A program made the translations under genes and the position numbers. This document shows positions 1 to 13,275 of a stretch of DNA of 64,000 nt, one piece after another (positions within the stretch are counted from its first letter, which is position 1; each line of letters opens with the position of its first letter). The DNA comes from Hypanus sabinus (taxonomy: Eukaryota): contig NC_082708.1 in NCBI RefSeq assembly GCF_030144855.1, positions 46,314,001-46,378,000 of the forward strand. The letters are read 5' to 3'. A model generated the notes under the pieces. It was given only the letters and a program-made list of their open reading frames with translations. It did no database searches and was not told the origin of the DNA.

Positions 1-1049
1 TAGTTAGGGAGTTAGCACCCATTGAACCAGGTGCCAAGCTGATAGAATTTTCAAATAGCTGGAGCGTAGATTATTTAGAGTTTTACCTCTATTTAGCTTT
101 CCTTTCATCTTTGTATGTTTATATCACTGAGGCCTGTATTGGTTTTATTTTCTTATTCCTGATGTGGGAAGGATGGTGCCCCAAGAGAATATCTGATGAG
201 TAACTAACTCACCACTGACTGGACTAAATCTTGATGTTTCTGGTCTGAATAGGTTAGTATAATGTCAGACAGTCATTTACTGCCTAAGCTTTAGAGAGCT
301 AGGAGTGTTACAAGGAGCTATTTGAAAACTTAATTTCTTTCAACAAAATACATTTGCTAAGTACTACTGAGTTGGATAATGTCATTAAGCAAGATGTTGT
401 CTGTCATCAATTGGCATGACACTATGGTATGTCCTGACCATTTGATTGCAAAATGCGTGCATGCCTGGGCCCACAATCATGCGTTGTCTCTGATGTGAGC
501 ACTTGATTTCTTACTCTTAGTCAACACTGACTGAAAAATTTTATCTATTGGAGAACTCAAAAGTTCCTTATCATTGAGCCAGTCATGGGTTCAGGAATCC
601 TTTCTGTGTTATCAGTACATTTTTTTCATTGATTGCATTCCACATTTTGTTATTGGTTGAGGATTTAACATTAAAGATATTTGTTTCTCCTTCATTCCAT
701 CATCTTTCAAAGGCTTTATGCCTTGTTTAATTTATTGATAAGAGCTTCATCCGTGCTTTTATGGAAGAAAAATGTTTAATGTAAGAAAACTTAAACTAAG
801 TAATCTAAAAGCTTAATAAAATGTAAAGAAAAAAAATCACCTCTGGTTCATATTAGTACAATATTCATACTGTGCAAATGTCTTAGAGATGTGTGTGTAT
901 ATATAGTGTGTGTTTGTGTGAGGGGGAGTGCGTTTATAAATCTGGTGGGAGCAGAGGATGTTGGGAATGGCGAGGATGAAGTGCCATGGAAGGAGTGTGA
1001 GTCAGGTGATGGAGAGGGCATGCCAGGGGTGGGGGATGTCAATACTTGC

Positions 1050-1456
1050 AATACCTGCAAGTTCTTCATAGTTCCTAACTTGTTGAAGTAGTGAAATGGT
1101 TTCCTTTTCACTCCTGGCTGTTTCTGACGCCTCCAAGCCTAAACTGCAGTGAGCAAAACAGTTCTGAATTGTCTTGCGTTTATTTCCGGCCACCCATCAG
1201 TGACAAAAAGTCGCTGCTTTTTGAAAACAAACACATGCAACTGACAGTTTTTTAGAACTCTTTGCTTGAAGAAAAGTGTGGTGCCTAATGGCCACTGAGG
1301 TGAGCTAGATACAGTTCAGCAATAATGTCCTGTCCCAGTGAAGGGGCAATGTGTCCAAAATAAACAAAGGGAATCTCAGTTATTTTCTCAATCAGTTCTT
1401 TGTCCTTTGAGTTGGCCTAAATAAGAGCCTGCCCCAATTAATCGGAATCCATTGTA
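1050..1456 (-). mobile_element. Tigger/pogo-derived non-autonomous element fragment
   Basis: The minus strand encodes KTIQNCFAHC, resembling a Tigger transposase C-terminal helix. The right end ccccaattaatcggaatccattgta resembles a TA-flanked CAGTGG-type TIR. Confidence 0.55.
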
Positions 1457-1828
1457 TTATTAACTTTTTAATGCTTTTGGGCTTGGCCTAGACTTCTCAT
1501 TGACTGCTAAAGCAGCTAGCATAATTAAAGGTCTCACCCACATGGAACATTCTCTTTGCCCCCCCCCCCTCCTGAAAATACAAAAGCCTAAAAGCACCTA
1601 CTGCCACGCTCAAGGTCATCTATGTTATAAAACTATTGAATGGTTCCCTAGTATGATAAAATGGGTTCTTGACCTCCCAATCTGACTTGTTGTGACCTTT
1701 CATCTTATGGTCTACCTGCACTGCACTTTCTCTGCTGCTTATTCTGCACCTAGTTATCATTTATCTTGACCTACCTCAGTGCATTGTTGTAATGAATTTA
1801 CAATTCTGTATGGCTGTACCTCAGTACA

Positions 1829-2504
1829 GGGGTCAGTGTGGACATAGTGGAGGATTACAAATACCTGGGGATATGAATGGACAATAAACTGGACTGGTCA
1901 AAGAACACTGAGACTGTCTACAAGAAGGGTCAGAGCTGTCACTATTTCCTGAGGAGACTGAGGTCCTTTAACATCTGCCGGACGATGCTGAGGATGTTCT
2001 ACGAGGCTGTGGTGGCCAGTGCTATCATGTTTGCTGTTGTGTGCTGGGGCAGTAGGCTGAGGGTAGCAGACACCAACAGAATCAACAAACTCATTCGTAA
2101 GGCCAGTGTTGTTGTGGGGGTGGAACTGGACTCTCTGACGGTGGTGTCTGAAAAGAGGATGCTGTCCAAGTTGCATGCCATCTTGGACAACGACTCCCAT
2201 CCACTCCATAATGTACTGGTTAGGCACAGGAGTACGTTCAGCCAGAGACTCATTCCACCAAGATGTAACACTGAGTGTCCTAGGAAGTCATTCCTACCTG
2301 TGGCCATCAAACTTTACAACTCCTGCTTCGGAGTGTCAGACATCCTGAGCCAATAGGCTGGTCCTGGACTTATTTCCACTTGGCATGATTAACTTATTAT
2401 TTAATTATTTATGGTTTTATATTGCTATATTTCTTCACTATTCTTAGTTGGTGCGGCTGTAACGAAACCCAATTTCCCTCAGGATCAATGAAGTATGTCT
2501 GTCT
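1829..2504 (+). mobile_element. 5'-truncated Rex1/Babar-type LINE (RT C-terminus, 3' UTR, (GTCT)n tail) nested in an older LINE tail (about 1505-2540)
   Basis: ORF 1877-2356 (DNKLDW..N...YFLRRLRSF.....L.MFY.AVV.S.....VCW) is typical of this clade. Flanked by GTACA at 1824-1828 and 2505-2509. Confidence 0.88.
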
Positions 2505-3110
2505 GTACATGTGACAATAATAAACCAATTTACCAATTACTCTATAGTTGGTCTCTCTTGTACTTCCAAACTCCTGGACTCACTGCATCAAAATCTTCTG
2601 AGATTTTCTCACCATTCTTTCATTCTGCTTTTGTAGAGAAAAGAATCTAGCCTGTTCAGCCATTTCCTCTAAAATATAACCTCTCAATTCTTGGGAACAT
2701 CCTTGGAAGGACTTCCTTTCATGTGTGGTGGCTGTTTTCAGACACATGTTCACAAAATCTTTGAGTAGAACACATTTATGTGGTTGGTGAAGTTAGTGTG
2801 AAGTTTTATGAAATTCTGCAGATGGAGGAATACCTGGCACAGAAATGATTCTGGCACACTCAGCAACCTTGTTTATGGCAGTACTGAGCTTGATTTTAGC
2901 CTTGCCTTCCATTCTGATCTGATTCAAACTAACCATCTTTGTTGATTCGTTAGTTCAGAACAATCTCTTTTAAAGATCCTTGTCAAACATTTTTGTGCTT
3001 TGATGACCTATAAGAACAAAACAATCTGTGATTATTTTTTCTCGGAAACAACATTGCTGCAGTTTCTGCAGTGCAAATAATAAACTAAAGACAACGATTT
3101 TCTCAGTGCA

Positions 3111-3328
3111 ACTGCTGAGTAATCCCATCCCCATCGAATTCTTCTTTGGGTTCTCTGTCTAAATAATTATTAAACTCTTAACTGGTAAAGATAAAAATCT
3201 TCATCTTATTGCCTCAGGATATCCCAAAACATTTATAACCACATTTATTACTGTTGTCATTTTGTCACTATTGTTGCAGAGGCAATCATTGGGCCACCTC
3301 TTAGTAGAGCCAATTAATCTGTATTTGA
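3111..3328 (+). repeat. Copy 1 of a ~210-bp local direct duplication (copy 2 at 4296-4501)
   Basis: Near-identical sequence with a handful of substitutions and one 12-bp indel. Confidence 0.97.
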
Positions 3329-4295
3329 TTGGTTCAATTTTAGACTCATTACAGAATTTCATTAAGATCATTGTTACCAATTGCTCAGGAAAATTTATGG
3401 TGAGATGAAAAACCAGTGAGGATTGCTGTCTGCCTCTCAAACAAATGTAAACATCCCTTGGTGATTTTCAAAGAACAAGAGGTCTCCATGTAGTCTTGAT
3501 AAATATTTATCTTTAAAGATAATGCTACATGAAGCAAACATAGTCTGGCCATTAGCGCATTGTTAATGCAATCTTGTGTATTTAGTACTGGTGGCACTTC
3601 ATTAACTGGTATAGTGATCCTGAGACGTTATCAGATTGTAAAGAACAGCATATAAATGTGTTTATTTCCCACAACCCACTCATTAGTAGCGATGTGTTGA
3701 TCGTGAGCTTTCTAATGGTGCAGTGAGAAGAAGCAAAGGACACATTTCTATTTGGGAATACCTCCAAAGCAAAACAGAAATGTTATGCAATGCTAGAGTA
3801 TGTTTTATGTTGGTTGCTATGGTGTAGGCATGGACCAATAATGCCTAGTTTGTTTTCAAGTTGTGAATTTATCAACTTGAACTCATGGGAGAGGATTCCA
3901 ACAGTATTACTGTTATATGGAAGTTTTTAGTAACCGAAAACAAGGCTTGCATTTCCCCTGACATCTGAGTCAATGGAGAAACAGAAATCAATTGGCAATT
4001 AATCCAAATTTAAAGAAAATTCACTAATTCTTTAATCATGTCACCACTTTGGAACAACAGATGAAGTAGTTTTGTGTAAATGTGTCATGTATTACCTTTC
4101 ATATGATTGCTCTTCTTTCACATTTTAATATATCATCAAACATGATTTTTTAAAAATAAAGTACGTTTATGTAGATAGTTTTGTGGAAGGCTTAAGCATT
4201 GAAAGAGTGAAGCACAGAAAAGCATTGCTGGCAACAAAATAATCTACTTTTCTTCCATTTGAATGAATGGAAGGAACATTTAGCAGATTTAAATT

Positions 4296-4501
4296 ACTGC
4301 TGAGTAATCCCATCCCCATCAAATTCTTCTTTGGGTTCTCTGTCTAAATAATTATTAAACTCTTAACTGGTAAAGATAAAAATCTACATCTTATTGCCTC
4401 AGGAGATCCCAAAACATTTATTACTGTTGACATTTTGTCACTATTGTTGCAGAGGCAATCATTGGGCCACCTCTTAGTAGAGCCAGTTAATCTGTATTTG
4501 A
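4296..4501 (+). repeat. Copy 2 of a ~210-bp local direct duplication (copy 1 at 3111-3328)
   Basis: Direct comparison with copy 1. Confidence 0.97.
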
Positions 4502-7384
4502 GGTTTTGTCCAGCATGTGCATTGCTGGTTGAGGGATAAAGAGAGCTGTATGCTATGAAATCTTTTATAGCGACTTGAATAGATAAATAGAATTTCAGCT
4601 CAGTGCCTCAGCAGAAACCTAACACTTTCAATAATGTGGTGTCAGCTCAGTAATGCTATGAATATACACTTGAGTCTTGTCAGGATTATCAATTGAGTTA
4701 AATTGATTTTCATTTGTAAAAACTACCATCATACAAAAGAAGACGTCCATAAAAGGGTCAAGTAAATTTTGGAGACTCAGCTAATAGATGGAAGCAGGCA
4801 AAGGGAAAAAGAGAGGTAGATGGAGCGAGCTAGGAAATGGGGAGAGTGGTTGGAGACAGCTGCTGGTGGGAGATGCTTATCAATTGTTCTGTCATCTCTT
4901 ACCTCTCTTCAGTACACCTATTACTTTCACTGCTGTCTCACCACTTCCCTTCTCTTTTTATTGGCCCCCACCGCTGTGTGGTTTGACTTGAAACATAGAC
5001 AGTTCCACAGATGCTGCTCAATCTGCTGAGTTCCTCCAAAGCCCAGAATCTGCAGTATTTTGTGTCTATTTTTTATTACTTAATTCAAAATGTAAGCCAA
5101 AAAGATTGTGGAGATTTTGTAAACATGTAATTAGAAAATGAAGAGCTCCACCTTTGCAATGTTTAAAGGTTTTAATTTTTTATTAAGCTGATTTGGACAG
5201 CAAACTGAATTACTTTCTTCCCAACTGCATCTTGCAGTTTTCTGTGGCTGTTTCACAGAACAAGTACAGCATTTCTGTTTAATTAAAAGAGATTGTTTTA
5301 TATGTCCTTGAGTGTTAAATTACTTTCATATCATTTCTGAAACAAGATTGCATAAGTAAATGTTTGCGCCCTAGTTTTGAATAAGTCCTCATCATTATTC
5401 ATCTGAAACTGAGGGGTGAATAATGACCAAAAATGTTACTGAATTAAACAGGAAAGACCTCAAGTAAACTTTATAAATGTTATGCTGAAGAGTTCAGAGA
5501 ATGTGCCGAATTCTTAGAAACTATACAAAGTAAAACGTTATGCAGTATTCTAATTTAGTTATCAGTTTATAAATAGAAAGGGACTTACTTTTAAGGTTTT
5601 TGTTTGGTATGATGCTGATAACTAGTTCTGGGAATTTAGTAACTCATTTTGTACATGATTGTTCTTTTAACTGCAGCAATGGTTTTCATCTTGCTTCAGA
5701 CTCGTTTGTACTCAAGAAGGCGTAACCAATTACAGGCAAATCCATTGGGAATTGCTGGTATTTCCCACTTTATGGAAGATTAGAACATGTGTATAAATGC
5801 TTGTACGCAGAAGTGCAGATTTTGAGAGGTTCTTGTTGCTACTGATTAGACTGTGTTCTAATGTTGGGCTCTTCATGGGGCCCAGCAGTGGAATGCCAAC
5901 TTCCTGCATTTTTACTGAGATATTTGTTAACTCAGCCAGATTTAGACCAGGAGCAGGTTCATTGCAATGGAAAGGAATGGTTGTGAGGGGGAAGAGGAAA
6001 ATTGCAGGTACTATATCTTTTTGAGCTAATTGGGTTTAAATGCTTCCAAATGTTTTAAATACTATCTATTTTAAAAATATATAATATTTTTGAAGTTTCA
6101 ATATCTCTTGAATTCCAAAAACATTCAATCTAACTCATTTAACAGCTAGTATATCTGCTTCAGCCCTGCCAAAGCATTTGCAGGCAGAACTTCCTGTTAA
6201 CACTTAATGGAATCTTATTCATCAGTTGGCTTTATGAACCATGTTGCAACTGGTAGATCTGCTCCACAGACCTACATGCTAAAGGAGTGGCAAAGTAGTT
6301 TATCATTACTAGAAATCTCAGGGTCAGACTTTTAACATGATAATTTGTCCAAAGATGCCTGCTTCCAGAATTTGCAAATGAGTTTTAATTTTAACTTAAA
6401 TTTCAGTTTCCTTTTATTTCACTCCCCTCCATTCCCAACCCTAGTGCTGAGATGTGGTTTCAGGACGATTTCCCATTATCCATTATTATGATTTTTAGTA
6501 TTTTTCCCTTCACAGTTTAGCTTAAGCAGGTGATATTGCCAAGTTGCTCCTGCTGGATCGGAATTGATAGAGGGGGTGGTGCAGTTGTGTGGATTACTGA
6601 TAGTGAATCATAAAGGTAAAAATAGACCTTTTCTCATGGGAATGCTGCATCAAGTATATTTCCCATCTTTCAGTGAAAAAGAACACTGTCGGACTTTTTG
6701 TTTCATACACTTTATTGCCATTTATTTTGACTGATTCTTGATCAAAGTTTTCTGTAAAATGTAAAGCTGAACTGTCGCATTGACCTGTGTATGGATCATG
6801 AACGTTGGATCAGGTATTGTGAATAAGCAGTTATAGCACAGCTTGGCTGTGTGGGATATTGACTAGCCTGTGCTTGAAGTGTACAGACTAGATATTTGGT
6901 GACTTAAGATCTTGTGCATGGGTACTTGGCATTTAACACCCACCCACCTACCCATACAATTGAAAGAGATCCTCAATGCCTAACGGGTTTGTTGGGGAGT
7001 GACTGGCTGTGATTATTAAATAATAGTATGTTGATTGGTAACTTCTGAAATGCCTGAAGTCTCAAATGCTCTATGCAGTACTGAAGGTACCAACTTTTCC
7101 AAAAAGCTGTGATGTCAGAATTTTGTTGCTAGACTCAGCTGATCTCTACTGGCATAGTGGTTATTGCTGCCTCAAACTGCCTCTGGCTCAATCTACGCTT
7201 GTATGCTAACAGTATGGATTGTGCGTCCTAATCCCAGTGCGCATTCTCTCCAGTTTTTTTCTGGGTGCTAAATTTTTTTCCACGTTTCCAAGAATATGAG
7301 TTATTGATGGGTTGCAGAAGGGTCAGTGGAGATACGTGAGAAGAAAGGTTACAGTGAATTAATTGGGGGAATGGGCATGTTCAA

Positions 7385-7850
7385 AGACCTTGTGTAGAAT
7401 TAATGGGCTGAGTGTGCAGAAGAAATTCACCAAGAAGTGCTTGAATTGGAGCATTAGCATTATAAGGAGAGATTGGATAGGCTGGGTTTCTTTTCCCTCG
7501 ACCAGAAGAAGTGGAGAGCAATACAACAGGAAGATTTTAATCATCTTTTTTTTTCTTCTCCTTGGTACGAGTGTCTAGGACAAGAGACCATAGGTAAAAG
7601 ATGAAATTTAGGGGGATCTGAGGGGTATATTTTCCCCACAGAGGATGGTTTGATTCTGTAGTGTGTTGCCTGAAGTTGTGGTGGAGCCAAATATGATCAC
7701 AACATTTAAGAAGAGTCTGGACAAGTGCTTCAATTGCAAAGGCATATAAAGTGATGAGGCTAGTGTGGGTAAATGGGACAGAGTTACAGTGGGTGGCAAA
7801 GGCATAGGCCAAAGGACCTGTTTCTGTGCTGCTTGACTCTGTGGACAGCC
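7385..7850 (+). mobile_element. Degenerate CR1 LINE 3' fragment
   Basis: VQKKFTK remnant, plus a CR1 3' UTR ending gggcc.aaggacctgtttctgtgctg. Confidence 0.75.
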
Positions 7851-8641
7851 CTTGTCAATGTTATGAATAACAGGAATAAGAATCTCTTTTCCTGGAAGGA
7901 ATGGATATCTTTGCTGACCACCCTGCCGGGCACTCATCATGATGAGGGGAAGGAGAGAGTCCAAAGAGTACACTTAATTGACAGAGAGGCAAGGAAGTGG
8001 AGAAAGTCTTCGGCCAGCCAGCCCTAACGTATAGGGCATTTCGGGAACAGAGCTCGCATATCTACTTTTCCAATATTAATCCTCTCCATGGAGATAGTCT
8101 TTGATACCTGCCACCTGTTCTAGGTAAAGTCACTTTGTTAGTATTTTGAATCTGGCTGTTTCTGAGCAGGAACTGCAAGGGTCAATGCCATCTCCCAACT
8201 TGCAGCACAGTACTGTATGAGTGTGGGTAGGCTCATTAGTAATAGGGAGGGGAAGATGCCTTCTTGGGAAGGGAATAGCAGAATATGGAAGTACATAGCT
8301 TCATGAACACACAGCTGGCCTCCCATGGTATTGGGCGTAATTGAGTCAAATAATCCAGATTTTTATCAGATGCAGGGTGGTTTCACTTCCTCACTTGAAA
8401 ATTACATCATATATAAAATATTCATATTCAATACAAAGGACTGGGGAGTATTTAAGAATTCTTTGTACTGCAGCAGTCAGCTGAGCCTGCCATACCAGAG
8501 GAATATCCATCTGACAGTTCATGAATAAGAGACCTAACCAAATACTCATTTCAAACCACTTATACATCCAGTTCAAGACTAAAATTATATGATCATTGAC
8601 TAATCATTCTTGTACATACCTTTAGTGTTCATAGTACGCTA

Positions 8642-9310
8642 AATAGATTGGAGCAGAATTCAGCCATTTGGCTCAATGTCTCTGCTCCACCATTCAATGA
8701 TAGCGGATTTATTTTCCCATTCAATCCCATTCTCCTGCCTTCTCCCTATAACCTTTGGTGAGCTTACTAATGAAGAACCTATCAATCTCTGCTTGAAGTA
8801 CAGCCAATGACTTGGTCTCCACAGTTGTCTGTGGACATCAGTTCCACAGATTCACCATCCTGTCGAAAGAAATTGATCCTTATCTCTGTTATAAAGGGAT
8901 AATTTTATTTTGAGTCTCTACCCTCTGGTCCTAGACTCCCACTACTGGGTACATCCTGTCTACATCCACTCTTATCCAGGCCTTTCAATATTCAGTAGAG
9001 TTCAATGATATTCCCCATCATTCTTCTAAACTCTAGCAAGTGCAGCCCCAGATCTACCATGTGCTCCTCATACCCTTCCTTCCCCAGAATTATTCTTGTA
9101 AACTACCCCAGACCCTCTCTCGCACAACTTTCCTTAGATATGGGACCCAAAACTGCTCATAATACTCCAACTGTGGTCTGATCTATGCCTCATAAAGCCT
9201 CAGTATTTTTATATTCTAGTCTTCTCAAAACAAATGCTAACATTGTATGCACCTTCTGACTCAAACTGCAAGTTAATGTTTAGAGAATCCTGTATTAGGA
9301 CTCCCAAATC
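8642..9310 (-). mobile_element. CR1 LINE 3' fragment
   Basis: Reverse-strand CR1 tail (ggagcagaatt..gccattt) and ORF2 C-terminal remnant. Similar to copies at 50650-51260 and 52920-53215. Confidence 0.75.
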
Positions 9311-9371
9311 CACAACGATGATAGCAACAGTCCGAGATTTCATAGGGAAGACATTGATTACTCTGAAGATA

Positions 9372-9795
9372 ATGCATCCGAGGTTCACCAGGATGTTCCC
9401 TGGGTGGGAAGGGTTGTTTCGGTTATAAGCAGAGACTCTTTTTTTGGAGCAGCTGTAGGTAGTGGTGGAGGAGACTTGCTAGAGATGTACAAAATTATAA
9501 GAGCCACAGATAAGGTTGCTAGTAAGAAAGGTTTTACTGTGCCCAAGTTCAGAGGACATGGGTTTAAGGTGAGAGGTAAGATTTCCCTCTTCCTGAAGGG
9601 ATCTGATGATGAATGTTTTCACTCAGATGCCACCTGACAAAGTGATGGAGGCAGGTACCCTCACATCTGGCATGAATTTGGATTGCTAAAACATAACTGT
9701 CTATGAACCAAGTGCAGGTAAATGAGATTAGTATAGATAGGAACTTGATAATTGGCGTGGACAGTGGCAGAAAGGCTTGTTTCTGTGCTGCGCAT
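9372..9795 (+). mobile_element. CR1 LINE 3' fragment
   Basis: RFTRMFPG, GDLLEMYKII and RGHGFKVRG remnants. Confidence 0.75.
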
Positions 9796-10893
9796 CTTTG
9801 CAAATTGGCTGATATGCTGCCCTGATGAAGTAAATGGGAATGTGTAAATAATGAGAATCTGTGAGATTTGAAGCAGTGTGAAGCAGCATGTGAGAGTGTG
9901 AATGTTAGATAGCAAGTATTTTGATGCTGCTGTGTGTAATGTTCTTAATACACTCAATAGATGGGAGCAGAATTAGGCCATTTGGCTCAATGACTCTGCT
10001 CCACCATTCCATGATGGCTGATTTATTTTCCCATTCAATCCCATTTTGCAGGGCATGGGATATAGCGTAGGGTTAATGTTGCAGTTTCTGTGTCTTTGCT
10101 GATGCTTTCCTAAGCTTGAGCATGAGTAGGGTTCTGGTGTTGATCACAAACTTGACCTGACTTATTTAAATTTGAATGGCTTCCTGTGCACCCACATGCA
10201 GAGTTCCTCCTTTACCCATCTATCTCATCCACCAAAGCCAGATAGCTCACTTTCCCAATGACCTCTAATAAGCTTTCTCAGTCTTTTGGAATGCCTTCCA
10301 CCTTGTATTGGAGGATGTGAGCACTTTCCTTTTAGGGGATGCAGACTTGTCTTCAACCACTGCTAGTTTGCTACAGCTAATAGTAGTCATCATAAAATTG
10401 AACCCCATGGATTAGAGTAAAAAGTAAATAATGGGTTAGCATTAGCAGATTACAGAAATCATGATAATTTTATGTGTCTGAATTTTATGTGCATCCTTCA
10501 CAAGTTAATTGTGTGTCAAGAATCTAGTGATTATTTTACAGTGCTGTTCATTTTGCTCGGAAAATATATTTTCGAAATTGGTCAAGACCATGTTTGAAAG
10601 ATGTGACACACAATGTAGGCAAATAACACATGTTGAAATTAAAACTATTTCTTAAAGACAAAAGTTTTATGTAATTTTCAGGCATTTCCTCAAGTCTTCC
10701 TTCCCAGTATTGTAACTTAAGCAGTGGGTTTAGAATCCCTTTTATAAAACAAACTGTTTCCAATAGCCTCTGGCGAAGTTATAGTAGCAGAGAAGGAATC
10801 CCACTGGGGAAAACCCTTCTTGTCATCTAAAAGAAATGTAAAATCACGATATTTTTACAAAGTTCATAATCTGTGAATGTAATCTTATCACAA

Positions 10894-11406
10894 TACTTCC
10901 AGTGGTCACTTTATTGGGTGCAGGAGTGGAACCTGGTGTAGGAATAATATCATGGTATGGTATCCCCTGTGTCATCTCCAGGATTTCTGTATGCCATATT
11001 ATCAAGGTTCGACATGTTCTGTATTCAGAGATGCTCTTCTACACACCAGTGCTGTAATGTGTGATTGTTTGAGTTACTGTCATCTTCTTGAACCAGTCAG
11101 TAACATGGTATTTTCGCTCACAGAACTGCCGCTCACCATTCTCTGTCAACTCTAGAGGTTGTTGGGTGTGAAGATTCCGGGAGATCGGCAGTTTCTGAGA
11201 TACTCAAACCACCCCATCTGGCACCAGCATTCATTTCTTCCCCATTCTGATGTTTGTTCTGAAGAACAACCGAACCTCTTGACCATGTCTACATGCTTTT
11301 ATGCATTGAGTTGCTGCCACATGACTAATTAGGTAATTAGCTAATTAGGTATTTGCATTTACGAGCACATGTATAGGTGTACTTAATAAAGTGGCCACTG
11401 AGTGTA
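10894..11406. mobile_element. Tc1/mariner-type non-autonomous element (MITE-like)
   Basis: Left tacttccagtggtcactttattgggtgca is an imperfect inverted repeat of right gtacttaataaagtggccactgagtgta. TA at both ends. Confidence 0.8.
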
Positions 11407-13039
11407 AGTTGACTATAAGTATTGGTTAGGTTTATAACACTAAATACATATATATAAACCAAATCCAACTAGATCACAACCAGTGCTTCTTGCTTCATAA
11501 CTCTAACCACACTGTAGAGTAAGATTGCTGAATTTTGTAAGCCATGAGGAGTAATTGCTAGAAATTCTTAATAAGAAACTCAAACCTGTGTTGCAGTCTG
11601 GAGTATGTTGCCTTACAAGATGATGGAATAAAATAAATATTTAGAAAGCAAATTTTCTATGGTCTTGAATATTTTTGTTCTGAGATTCTTATTATTCCTG
11701 ACTGCCAACATGTATCTGTGATTTACGTAACTGTAATTCTTCTGGAATTTACTGCACAATTGTAGAACATGAAAATGTGTAAATATATCCAAAGCTAAAA
11801 GCCTGAGAGTTTGAATTTTGGGGTCCTGTGAAGTCAGGACCATGAAGAACTCTTTCTCTGGTGTGATGTTCATCTGGATGATGCTTTTAAAGGCTGAAAT
11901 AAAGCATAGATTTACTTTTTCTTCCCTACAATTGAACATTTAGTTACTATTATATTAACAATTGCATTGTCACATTTCTTGGACATGAAGTATGTATGCT
12001 ATGTTAACTCATGGAAAACCTGTTCTATATCAACTGATAAGATTAACTTTGAATTTAATTTTATCTCAATATATTGGAAGGTGAATGTGTCTTAAACATA
12101 TGCTCTTGAAGTGGAGCGTGCTGTACTTTCTAAGTATAATTACCATTGCTTTGCTCTAAGGTTTTAGGAGGTACTACACCAGGGCTAATGAGAAGGTTGT
12201 GGAATTAATTTTTTTTCAATTTAAGTTCAAAATATGCATTAATATGTCAGAGCGTTGAATTTAATCATGGTGAAATGTTGCAAAGGGGCAAGGATGGGGC
12301 ATGGTGCATTTATTAAGTATGCCTAATGATCATGTCCAGCCACACCAGGTTGGCTAAGACTGAAATGCCTCCAAAAGTTTATGTTGAGAAGGTGCAGGCA
12401 GTGACAGGCCATTTGACTTTTATTTTAACTGGTCAGGAACTCAATGGCAGCAGCTGCATTCTGTGAAGGTTTCTGCTTGTATTGGAAACCAAGTGGGAAG
12501 GGCTGATGGACTGTGGTGAAAAAGAGCAACGCTGGTTTCGAGCCATGTGAGAACACCAAATGACCTGAGGGGACAGAAGAACAGAGAGACAGACTGAGAG
12601 AATATTGTTACTCATGTCCTTTCAATGCCCTTACCGTTCATGTTCTTCTAGGTGGTTTGAAGAATTGCTGGCAAAGGAGCCTTAGCAAATTGTTTCAGTG
12701 CATTTTGCAGCCATGACCCCCTGCATCTAAAAGAAGTAAATATCAGATCATGTGCTTGCCTTTCAGACAGGCTACTTTTTTCCCTGAATGGTCTCAGGCT
12801 TATTGAGTGTTATTTGATCCAAACTCATCTGGACCTAGATAATGGAAAGGGAGCTAGGTGAGTCAGTTGCGACAGAATAGCCAACTCCTGGCCTGTTCTT
12901 GCAGTGATGGCGTTTGTTCAATTGGGGTGCTGGTCAGTGGTGGCTACTCACCACCACCCCAAGGTCTTTTGTGGTAGATTCTGTTTGGCAAATAGTGTTG
13001 AATTTCAAGGAAGATTCTCTGTTTAAAGTTTTCCTGTTC

Positions 13040-13275
13040 TGGTAATATTGCGGTTAGCGTAATGTTATTACAACATCAACGACATGAGTTCAGTTGCTGC
13101 TGCTCTCTGCAAGGGGTTTGTACGTTCTCCCTGTGTCTGCGTGAGTTTCCTCCGGGTGCTCCAGTTACTGAAGATGGATGGGTTTGGTTAACTAGTCACA
13201 TGGGTTTAATTGGGTCCTGTGGGCTCACTAGGCTGGAATGGTCTGTTACGGAGTTGTGTCTCTAAATAAAACATA
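13040..13275 (+). mobile_element. tRNA-derived V-SINE (HE1-like), degenerate
   Basis: ggttagcgtaa...gagttca head and the V-domain core ggggtttgtacgttctccctgtg...gtttcctccgggtgctccagtt. Confidence 0.7.

Noticed and set aside
891-1091. Small acidic/Cys ORF and the many other 60-130 aa ORFs
   Set aside because: No coherent domain or exon structure. They are explained by chance, TE remnants or antisense frames of LATS2 exons.
3111-4501. LTR retrotransposon/TRIM formed by the two direct repeats
   Set aside because: No TG...CA ends, TSD, PBS or polypurine tract.
4505-4665. Ancient Deu-domain SINE remnant next to duplication copy 2
   Set aside because: The resemblance (ggttgagggataaa...atcttttat) is too degenerate to call without a profile-HMM search.
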